Of a stretch of 21,606 bases of DNA, positions 6,315-13,780 are shown in pieces; position 1 is the first letter of the stretch, and every line of letters starts with the position of its first letter. Made by a program: the position numbers and the translations under genes. Location of the stretch: the IMG/VR virus record IMGVR_UViG_2889849113_000003, positions 67,716-89,321 of that record; one strand, written 5' to 3'. The DNA comes from a virus. The notes under the pieces are model-generated. The model had not been told where the DNA came from. It searched no databases and worked only from the letters and a program-made list of their open reading frames with translations.

Positions 6315-8927
6315 GTGTTGACGGCCTTCACGCTCACCAGTGCCAGCACGCAGGCCGCAGCGCCGTTCGTGCTTGGGCAGGTCTTCAAGCGCGGCAGCGT
6401 GCCGGCTGGCAGCACCGTCGTAGTCTCTGGTGCAGATGCCCAAGTCACACCGAAAGCCTATTGGTCCGACGGCTCTCTGCGCTTTGCGGTGGTGGCTGGG
6501 ACTGCCAATGTCTCCACCACAGCGGCGACACTAACGCTTTCCCTGGGCACGGCCGCCACAGGTGCGGTGCTCACGACAGCGGAACTGCGCGCCACCGGCG
6601 CGGCCGTCACCATCGACTGCGGTGTGCTCGGCGCTGCATCCTGGGCTGGCACTGACTGGGACGCGCCGCTGGACTGGAGTCAGGGCGGACCCGATGTTGC
6701 ATGGGTGTCCGGCCACCGGATGTCGTCGTGGATCTACCGCAAGCCCGTGGGCTCCGATGCGCACCTCGTGGCTTGGCTGGAGGTGCGGTTGTTTGCGACT
6801 GGGCAGGTGGAGATCCTCCCGTGGATCGAGAACGGTTACGTGCATGTGGCCGCACCCACGAACAAGAGCGCGACGTACACCGTAACGATCGGCTCGACAC
6901 AGCGTTTCTCGCAGGCCATCGACCTGCCGCATCACTGCCGCACGCCGCTCATCGGTGCATCGTCGCCGCGCGGTGGTGCCGAGCTCTCATACTGGCTTGG
7001 TGCCGATCCGCGCGTGACACCGCAGCACGACCTGGCCTACTTCCAGGCCACGGAGATGGTGCCCACGTACTGGCCCACGGTGCCGCCAAGCCAGGACATC
7101 GTTGCCTCGCTGCCGGCGACGTACACGCCGCTTCAGCAAGGCAACTACCCCACGGGCATGGGTGCGGCCGGCTACAGTCCATCAATCGGCCTGATACCAG
7201 AATGGGATGTTCTCTATCTCACGTGCCCTGGCAGCGCCAAGCCCTACGAGGCCCTGATCCGCAATGCGTACAGTGCCGGCCGCTACGGCATGCACTACCG
7301 CGACGAGACGACGCAGCGCCCGATCCGTTTCAGCGCCCACCCCGGCCTTTGCCTGAACGCCACCAACTCCGGTGTCAGCAGTGCGGGACACAGCACGCTT
7401 AACGACTACACGCCACAGCCAGGAGGCGCGACGCCGGCGACGTGGGCATCGTCCCATCATCCGAGCGTGGGCTACATGGCCTACCTTGTTACTGGCCGGT
7501 TCTATCACTTGGAGCAGTTGCAGTTTGCGGCGACCCTGAACTACCTCAAGCAGATCGACGCAACGCGGCAGTTCGCAAAGGGATTGTTCCTGTCCCAGGC
7601 TGGCGCCAATACGACGCGCGGCTCCGGCTGGGCGATGCGAACGCTGTGCCAGGCTGCATCCGTCACGCCGGCAGAAGACCCGCTGCATGCCGAGTTCATT
7701 GCATCTACCCAGCACAACGTCGATTACCTGCACGGGCGCTACGTTGCCCAACCCAGCAATCCTCAAGGTTGGGTGCAACCGTATTCCGACTACACGGGCG
7801 CAACCGGCTCCGTGGCTGCGGGTTCAACCGCCACCTTGATCCAGATGCCGGCGGGCTTTGCATTAGCGCAGAGTCCTGTGGGTTGGACGCTTACCACCGG
7901 CGGCAATTCACGCACCGTCATCGCCTATGACAACGTGGCCAAAACGCTCTTGGTGGACTCGCCGTTCCCGTCTGCTCCTGCGGCCGGCTCCTCGTACTCG
8001 CTCAACGACAGCAAGTATTTCGAGGCGGCATGGATGCAGGACTACGTGACTGCGTCCTGGGGCTATGGGCTCACGCTGGATTTGCCGATAAACAACCAGG
8101 CCAAGTTTGCCGCCTGCTTCGAGTGGAAGGCTCAGTCTATTGTCGGGCGCCTGGGGGGCACCGATCCCACAGAGTTCCTGTACCGCGACGCGGCACAGTT
8201 CACCATCTCCATCGCTCCGGCCAACGCACCGAACTACGACACCGGGGAAGGCCCTTGGTACGCCAACTGGGGCGAGTGTTATGCGGACACTTTGGGGGAG
8301 CCCAACCCCGGGGAGGTGGGCAACCTCCGCGGCGATGGCTCGGCTGTACCAACTCTGCCGACGGGATACTGGACTTGGCTGCAGCCCGGCATCGTCTACG
8401 CGATGCGGCACGGCGTTGCTGGTGCCGCCGAAGGCTATGCCCGCATGACCGGGGCAGCCAACTGGCCAGCCCTGCGCGACCTCGGCTACACCGCGCCGGT
8501 TTGGTACGTGAAGCAGCCAGAGGCTGCGGCGGCTCCAGTCGCCAGCACTTCAGTGGCCGCGCTACTCAGCGCAGCGGTGCTGGCTGCACACAGTTTGGCC
8601 TCCCTGCCAATAAGTGCCGCTGTTGCCTCATCCGCGAATGTCACAACGGCAGTCCTGAGCGCGGCAGCGCTGGTCACCCACAGCTCAAGCGTTGCCCTGT
8701 CAGCACAGATCCGGGTGCTGCAGCAGACCGAGTCGCCAGCACGTCATGCACCTCTGCGCGTCGAAGGTGCTGCCATGCATGCGGTACTGCGCGGAGCGTT
8801 GGTGTCGTTCACGCAAACTATGGCTGTCGGTCTGTCGGCCAGCATCGCGGAAGGAAGCTACGTCCCCGCACCCAGTGGCTGCGGCTTTTCTCCAAAACAC
8901 CGCCCCACTTGGCGGCCGAGGCGATAG
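6315..8927 (+). CDS. PcRGLX/YetA-like (exo-rhamnogalacturonan lyase-related, PL26-like architecture) protein with C-terminal Ala/Ser repeats (870 aa)
   Basis: N-terminal APFVLGQVFKRGSVP...YWSDGSLRFAVV matches the P-x-x-x-G-x-x-F-x-x-G / W-x-D-G-S-x-(K/R)-(W/F) pattern of the first PcRGLX/YetA domain. A beta-sandwich and a helical region follow (SHHPSVGYMAYLVTGRFYHLE, RGSGWAMR, WMQDY). GTG start with GGAG at 6304-6307; the start is uncertain (see findings). Confidence 0.6.
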   Translation: MLTAFTLTSASTQAAAPFVLGQVFKRGSVPAGSTVVVSGADAQVTPKAYWSDGSLRFAVVAGTANVSTTAATLTLSLGTAATGAVLTTAELRATGAAVTIDCGVLGAASWAGTDWDAPLDWSQGGPDVAWVSGHRMSSWIYRKPVGSDAHLVAWLEVRLFATGQVEILPWIENGYVHVAAPTNKSATYTVTIGSTQRFSQAIDLPHHCRTPLIGASSPRGGAELSYWLGADPRVTPQHDLAYFQATEMVPTYWPTVPPSQDIVASLPATYTPLQQGNYPTGMGAAGYSPSIGLIPEWDVLYLTCPGSAKPYEALIRNAYSAGRYGMHYRDETTQRPIRFSAHPGLCLNATNSGVSSAGHSTLNDYTPQPGGATPATWASSHHPSVGYMAYLVTGRFYHLEQLQFAATLNYLKQIDATRQFAKGLFLSQAGANTTRGSGWAMRTLCQAASVTPAEDPLHAEFIASTQHNVDYLHGRYVAQPSNPQGWVQPYSDYTGATGSVAAGSTATLIQMPAGFALAQSPVGWTLTTGGNSRTVIAYDNVAKTLLVDSPFPSAPAAGSSYSLNDSKYFEAAWMQDYVTASWGYGLTLDLPINNQAKFAACFEWKAQSIVGRLGGTDPTEFLYRDAAQFTISIAPANAPNYDTGEGPWYANWGECYADTLGEPNPGEVGNLRGDGSAVPTLPTGYWTWLQPGIVYAMRHGVAGAAEGYARMTGAANWPALRDLGYTAPVWYVKQPEAAAAPVASTSVAALLSAAVLAAHSLASLPISAAVASSANVTTAVLSAAALVTHSSSVALSAQIRVLQQTESPARHAPLRVEGAAMHAVLRGALVSFTQTMAVGLSASIAEGSYVPAPSGCGFSPKHRPTWRPRR

Positions 8928-8933
8928 CACCCG

Positions 8934-9503
8934 ATGTCCACCATCAAGATTGCCGAGCCGGCACGCGAGCTTTTCACGCTGGAGGAGGCCCGCGCTTTCC
9001 TCAAGTGCGACGACGCCGAGGCCGACAGCGTCATCACGCTGGCGCTGGCCGCCGCGCGCGAGCTCGCCGAAAAGGAGATGGCGCGCACGCTGCTGGAAAC
9101 CGGCTACGAGATGCGCACCGACGGCTTCAGCCGCGCCGTGCGCCTGGAGTGGCCCCGCGTGCAGCGCGTGCTGTCGCTGCAGTTCGTCGCCCCGGACGGC
9201 GAAGTGCTCACGCTGGACCCGCAGGACTACGTGCTCGACAACGCCAACGACTTCGCGCCGGCGTGGCTCGTGCCCGCGCGCGGCAAGGCCTGGCCGGAGA
9301 CCGCCGACGAGGTCAACGCCGTGCGGGTGCGCTACGTGGCCGGCTACGGCACCGAGCCGGCGCAGGTGCCGGCCGCGATCCGGCAGTGGGTGCAGCTGCA
9401 CGCACGCTCGTTCTACGACAACCCCTCGGCGCTGAGCGCCGGGAACCTCCAGGCCCTGCCGTACCTATGCGGGCTCATCGAGGGCTTCAAGGTCTACGGC
9501 TGA
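8934..9503 (+). CDS. Head-tail connector/adaptor protein (HK97 gp6 / phiE125 gp8-like)
   Basis: EP...TLEEARAFLK.D..D..I..AAARELAE....R.L...; WP....NAVRVRYVAGYG...VPAAIRQWV..H...YDN. Typical of the family. Confidence 0.92.
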   Translation: MSTIKIAEPARELFTLEEARAFLKCDDAEADSVITLALAAARELAEKEMARTLLETGYEMRTDGFSRAVRLEWPRVQRVLSLQFVAPDGEVLTLDPQDYVLDNANDFAPAWLVPARGKAWPETADEVNAVRVRYVAGYGTEPAQVPAAIRQWVQLHARSFYDNPSALSAGNLQALPYLCGLIEGFKVYG

Positions 9504-9505
9504 CC

Positions 9506-9835
9506 ATGGGCGCCGACTTCGACACCCGCGTGGCCCTGCAGCGCCACAGCGGCGCCAAGGACAAGTTCGGCCAGCCGCTGAAGGATGCCTGGGCCGATGT
9601 CGCGCAGGTCTGGGCCAACCGCAAGCTCGGCGTCGGTGTCGAGCAGGTCAAGGCCGGCGCCGACATGGCCACGGTGCGGGCGTCGTTTCGCATCCGCTGG
9701 CGCGCCGGCGTCGATTCCGGCATGCGCCTGGTCGAGGTCGGCTCCGGCGCGGTGTGGGACATCCAGGCCGTGCTGGCGGACCGCCGCGAGAACCGCATCG
9801 ACCTCGCCTGCGAGCAGATCAACCCGAGAACCTGA
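9506..9835 (+). CDS. Head closure / head-tail joining protein (SPP1 gp16 / HK97 gp7-like), 109 aa
   Basis: Real start is ATG 9506 (TGAccATG), inside the 601-aa track ORF. RVALQR...DKFGQP...W.DVAQVWA...FRIRWRAGVDSGMRL....WDIQAVL.D....IDLAC. Confidence 0.92.
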   Translation: MGADFDTRVALQRHSGAKDKFGQPLKDAWADVAQVWANRKLGVGVEQVKAGADMATVRASFRIRWRAGVDSGMRLVEVGSGAVWDIQAVLADRRENRIDLACEQINPRT

Positions 9836-9840
9836 GCCCC

Positions 9841-10368
9841 ATGGCCAAGCTATTCCTCGATGCCGTCGCGCAGACCACGGCGAGCACCGGCACCGGCAAC
9901 ATCACGCTGGTCACGCCGACGCCGTACCCGGGCCGGCGCACCCTGCAGTCCACGGGCGTCGCCACCGGCACGAAGCTGTCCTACCGCATTGCGGCCGTGG
10001 ACAACAACGGCCAGGAGACCGGCGACTGGGAAACCGGCGAGGGCACCTACCTCGGCGCCGGCTCGTTCGAGCGCACGACGCCGCGCGCCGGCTCTGCAGC
10101 GGTGCCCGTGGCATTCGTGGGCGGCACCAAGAAGGTCACTTTCACGGTCAACGCGGCCGACCTCGACACGCTGGCCGAGCTTGATGCCGGCGCAACGCTG
10201 ACGTGGAACACGGACGGCACCCTGGCGACGGTCACGACGAACGGCACGACCTACACCATGGCCTACGCCACCGTGGACGACTTCCCGCGCCTGACCTCCA
10301 TCACCGGCGGCGGCAAGACCGTCGCACTGGGCTACGACGGCGCCGGCCGCCTCACTTCCATCGGCTGA
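9841..10368 (+). CDS. Hypothetical virion protein (175 aa): 'DxVxxT..TGTG' N-terminal domain plus C-terminal YD/RHS-like hairpins
   Basis: ATG 5 nt after the closure gene stop. DAVAQTTASTGTGNITL...WETGEGTY...FVGGTKKVTFT; C-terminus WNTDGTLATVT...PRLTSIT...YDGAGRLTSIG. Confidence 0.75.
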   Translation: MAKLFLDAVAQTTASTGTGNITLVTPTPYPGRRTLQSTGVATGTKLSYRIAAVDNNGQETGDWETGEGTYLGAGSFERTTPRAGSAAVPVAFVGGTKKVTFTVNAADLDTLAELDAGATLTWNTDGTLATVTTNGTTYTMAYATVDDFPRLTSITGGGKTVALGYDGAGRLTSIG

Positions 10369-10385
10369 AGCAGGACACGTCTCGC

Positions 10386-10745
10386 ATGCAACTCGCGCTC
10401 ATCCCTGGCCCCATCCAGCTACCCCAGCTCGAAGCCGGCCCCGCCGAGATCGTTCCGGCCACCGGCACCTGGGCCGGACCGCAGACCAAGGTCATCACCG
10501 CGGCCAACGTCGTGCAGGTGCTTGCCCCCGTGCGCGTGGCCCGGCGCGGCTGGCTGATCCAGAACTTCGGCTCCGACGGGGCGGACTTCTGGATCGACAG
10601 CGGCGCCAACCCGGTGCCCTACGAGTGCATCACCGTTCCTGCGGGTGCCGAGTGGGTGTGCCCGGAGAACATGGTCACCGGCGCGGAACTGCGCATCCTG
10701 TGCTCCGTGGCCGGGACCAAGTTCGCCTTCCGCGAGGCCTTCTGA
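10386..10745 (+). CDS. Small jelly-roll-like hypothetical protein (119 aa), possible spike/fibre base
   Basis: AGGA RBS at 10372-10375, ATG 10386. RRGWLIQN...FWID.G......ITVPAGAEW...ELRI all-beta pattern. Confidence 0.7.
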   Translation: MQLALIPGPIQLPQLEAGPAEIVPATGTWAGPQTKVITAANVVQVLAPVRVARRGWLIQNFGSDGADFWIDSGANPVPYECITVPAGAEWVCPENMVTGAELRILCSVAGTKFAFREAF

Positions 10746-10746
10746 C

Positions 10747-11304
10747 GTGGGCGGCGGCATCAGGTTCTTCCGCGGCGGCCTCGTCGAAGAAACGAGGCTT
10801 TTCGCGCTCAACGCGGTGGCCGGGCAGACTGCGGCCCCCGGCAACACGAACATGAACGCGCTGGCGGGCTGCGCCTACACCATGCCCCGGGGCGTGCTGC
10901 CGATCACGGGCCGGCTGCGGATCTGGGTGGCTGGCCGCAAGGGGAACAACACCCAGACCGACGCGGTGACCTTCGGGCTGCGCGTCGGCACCACCGGCAC
11001 GGCGTCCGACCCGCTGCTGGGCTCGTTCGGCTTCACGCTGCAGGCCACGTCCCGCTCCTGGGCCTTCATGACGCACTGGCGCGTGGAGACCGCAACGCGC
11101 ATCCGCCGCGTCGGCGCGATTGACGGCGTCGGCGGCGAAACCAGCCAGATCGGCTCCAGCATCACGACGGCCTCCACCACGGACACGCTGCCCGATGTCA
11201 GCGTCAACACCCTGCAGTGGCGGCTGCACGCGCAGATGAGCGCCGGGAGCGCCGACTGGGTCGTGGTGGACGACTTCGCCATCCTGGTCACGGACCCGTA
11301 CTGA
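10747..11304 (+). CDS. Hypothetical beta-rich virion protein (185 aa) with Gly-rich N-terminal peptide
   Basis: GTG 1 nt after the upstream TGA; stop overlaps the next ATG (TGATG); coding-like codon bias. Starts MGGGIRFFRGG. Confidence 0.7.
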   Translation: MGGGIRFFRGGLVEETRLFALNAVAGQTAAPGNTNMNALAGCAYTMPRGVLPITGRLRIWVAGRKGNNTQTDAVTFGLRVGTTGTASDPLLGSFGFTLQATSRSWAFMTHWRVETATRIRRVGAIDGVGGETSQIGSSITTASTTDTLPDVSVNTLQWRLHAQMSAGSADWVVVDDFAILVTDPY

Positions 11305-13778
11305 TGGCCACGCGCTACAAGTGGTTCCCCGGGCACTACGTGCTCCTCTACAACGTCAACCTTCCGGACCAGTGGAACGACGGCGGCCTCACCCGCCACC
11401 TGGAGCAGATCAAGGACATCCCCAACCTCATCGGCATCCAGAAGCGCTACACGTGGCGCTTCCTGGAGGCGACGAAGGACAGCTACGACTTCAGCGACAT
11501 CGTCACCGACCTGGCGACGTGCGAGCGCTACGGCAAGAAGCTGCGGGCGTTCCTGACGATCAAGGGCTTCAACGGGGGGCGCGGCGCGCCGGACTACCTG
11601 CGTCCCGGCAATGCCGGTTATGAGGCCGGCTTCGGGCCTGGGGTCTACAACTGGCTGCAGATCGAGCAGCCCGCAGGCTCGGGGAACTTCGTCCCTCGCA
11701 ACGAGCATCCCGCCCTGTGGCTGAACCCGGTGCGGGACCGGCTGAAGAAGCTGGTGCAGCGCATGGGCCAGGCCATCGACAGCCATCCGGCGCTGTCCGT
11801 GGTGGACCTCAACGAAACGTCGTGGGGCCCGGTGCCTGCGGGTACAGCCGCCGGCGACGATGCCGTGTCGCGGCAGCGCAAGATGGCGCTGGCCTACCGC
11901 GAGGTGCACGCGCAGGCCAAGGTTTCGTTCCCGACGACGATCTTTTGCCACTTCCTGAACTTTCCGAACAATGCCGGCTTCTCCGTCATCAATGATGCCG
12001 AGTCCGGTCTTCCTGCGGAGATGCTTGTCACCGGCACTGCGATCGGTGGCCCCGACAACTGGCTGGACGACTTCGGGCTGGAGCGCCCGCCCAGCGTCTA
12101 CCCGCCGCTGCCCGGCGTTTTCTGGCACTACAAGAACGCCCGGGGTCTGACGGCCATCAGCCCCTCGAACCAGCCCGGCAACTACGAAACCAAGAGCCAC
12201 GAGGACTACACCAACACCGACGAGAACGGCAAGCCAGCGCGCATCGTGGCGCCGGACATCACCATCGAGAAGATGTACCTGCGGTGTTCGACGGCTGGGG
12301 TCACGTTCCGCGGCATGTTCAAGGAAGGCCTGCACGCCACCCACGTGAACTGGAGTGCGCGTACCGATGCGGTGCCGACGGCGACACCTTGGGTGCCGTG
12401 GAACGAGATCCGCAACTTCTTTCGCAACAAGTGGAATACGCCTGGGCCCGACTACCAGAATATGACTCCGGGCGTTGTCACGGCCGTTCCCGCCGCCCTT
12501 GAGGACGGGGCGCCACAGCCGCCGCCGGCCCCCACGCTGCGACTCGCCTCGGACACGGGCCAGGCCGGGGACGACCTCTACACGAACAGCGCCGCATTGG
12601 CCGTGGATGGCCTCGTGGCCGGCGCCGTGGTGCAGTACGCGCGCGACGTTTTCTCCGGCTGGAGCGCGACGCCGCCGACACCCCTGCCCGGGGAGAACAC
12701 CGTGATCGCGCGCCAGTTGCTCCAGGGCATTCCGAGCGAGCCCAGCAACATCCTCACGTTCCAGTACGACAGGGATGCTCCCGTGCTGGTTCGCGCCACG
12801 ATCAACAACGACATCCTGCGCATCTACTACCGCGATGCGGTGCCGTTCGCCGATGCTGCAGGCTTCATTCCGGACCGCAGCGCCTACAGCGTCACGATCG
12901 GTGGCGCTCCGGTCGTCGTGGACGGACGCAGCGTGCTGGTGGTGCTGCGGGCCGTGGAACTCAACCTGCGCACGCCGGCGCTGGCCGGCAGCGAGGTGCG
13001 GGTCAGCTATTCACCTCCGACCAGCGGGACGCTACGGTTCCAGGACGCGGCCGGCAACTTCGCGCCGGCCTTCACGAACCAGGCCGTCAACAACGTCACC
13101 GGCGTGCCGGCCCCGACGAAGACGGTCGCGATCACGCAGATCGGCGGCGTCACCCCCGGGGGTTACACCCCCGACGGCGCGCCGCTGCTGCAGGGCACGA
13201 TTTCCGGGGTGCTTGCGAACTACGAAGAGGTCGAGGTCCGCCGCGTCTTCACGCAAGTCGATCCCGACACCGGGGTCTCGACGACGAGCTATGTGCTTGC
13301 CGGCATCGCCGACGTGGTCGGCACAACCTGGAGCTACCGCGACACAGACCGGGGTGACCGCTTCTTTGCGTGGGCTGCGCGGGTGCGCAACGGGGAACTG
13401 TTCGGCCCGTTCTCGGAAACCGTCGGCGTCACCGTGGACACGAAGCCGCCGCAGGTGCCGGTGCTGGGGTCCGGCAAGGCCGTGTATCGGGTTGGCGAGG
13501 CCGTGACGATCTTCGGCGGCTGGGGTGCCGGCGCCGGCGAGAAGATCGTCGTCTACGTCAACGGTGGCCAGTACACGACGGCCAACGGGCTCCAGATCAC
13601 GGGGCGGAACTGGACGCTGCCGCTGGGTCCGCAGCCCGTGGGCCGCTACAACCTCGGCGCCATCGTGACAGACCTCGCCGGCAACACCGCGGCGGTCGAG
13701 GAGCCGACGTTCTTCGATGTCGTCGGCGAGCCGTCGATCAACGAACTGCGCCTGGCGCTGGCGCGCGTGAGGGTCTGA
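11304..13778 (+). CDS. Multidomain protein (824 aa): glycoside hydrolase-like TIM barrel (clan GH-A, GH42/35-like) + Pro linker + Ig-like + SwmB-like + two Big/Ig-like domains
   Basis: ATG overlaps the upstream stop. YTWRFLEATKDSYDFSDI..DL....RYGKKL, APDYL, HPALSVVDLNETS (NE at 11811-11816). Then LRLASDTG..GDDLYT (Ig-like), DAPVLVRATIN...VRVSYSPP....FQDAAGNFAPAFTNQAVNNVT (SwmB-like), PLLQGT...VDTKPP and TDLAGN (Big-like). Confidence 0.7.
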   Translation: MATRYKWFPGHYVLLYNVNLPDQWNDGGLTRHLEQIKDIPNLIGIQKRYTWRFLEATKDSYDFSDIVTDLATCERYGKKLRAFLTIKGFNGGRGAPDYLRPGNAGYEAGFGPGVYNWLQIEQPAGSGNFVPRNEHPALWLNPVRDRLKKLVQRMGQAIDSHPALSVVDLNETSWGPVPAGTAAGDDAVSRQRKMALAYREVHAQAKVSFPTTIFCHFLNFPNNAGFSVINDAESGLPAEMLVTGTAIGGPDNWLDDFGLERPPSVYPPLPGVFWHYKNARGLTAISPSNQPGNYETKSHEDYTNTDENGKPARIVAPDITIEKMYLRCSTAGVTFRGMFKEGLHATHVNWSARTDAVPTATPWVPWNEIRNFFRNKWNTPGPDYQNMTPGVVTAVPAALEDGAPQPPPAPTLRLASDTGQAGDDLYTNSAALAVDGLVAGAVVQYARDVFSGWSATPPTPLPGENTVIARQLLQGIPSEPSNILTFQYDRDAPVLVRATINNDILRIYYRDAVPFADAAGFIPDRSAYSVTIGGAPVVVDGRSVLVVLRAVELNLRTPALAGSEVRVSYSPPTSGTLRFQDAAGNFAPAFTNQAVNNVTGVPAPTKTVAITQIGGVTPGGYTPDGAPLLQGTISGVLANYEEVEVRRVFTQVDPDTGVSTTSYVLAGIADVVGTTWSYRDTDRGDRFFAWAARVRNGELFGPFSETVGVTVDTKPPQVPVLGSGKAVYRVGEAVTIFGGWGAGAGEKIVVYVNGGQYTTANGLQITGRNWTLPLGPQPVGRYNLGAIVTDLAGNTAAVEEPTFFDVVGEPSINELRLALARVRV

Positions 13779-13780
13779 GC

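Noticed and set aside
8030-9505. 5' part of the 601-aa track ORF 8030-9835
   Set aside because: Out-of-frame shadow over two real genes; only the part from ATG 9506 looks like a protein (head closure).
10875-12344. 489-aa minus-strand ORF and other reverse or alternate-frame Arg/Pro-rich ORFs across the window
   Set aside because: They fully overlap well-supported plus-strand genes and have the composition typical of non-coding frames in GC-rich DNA.
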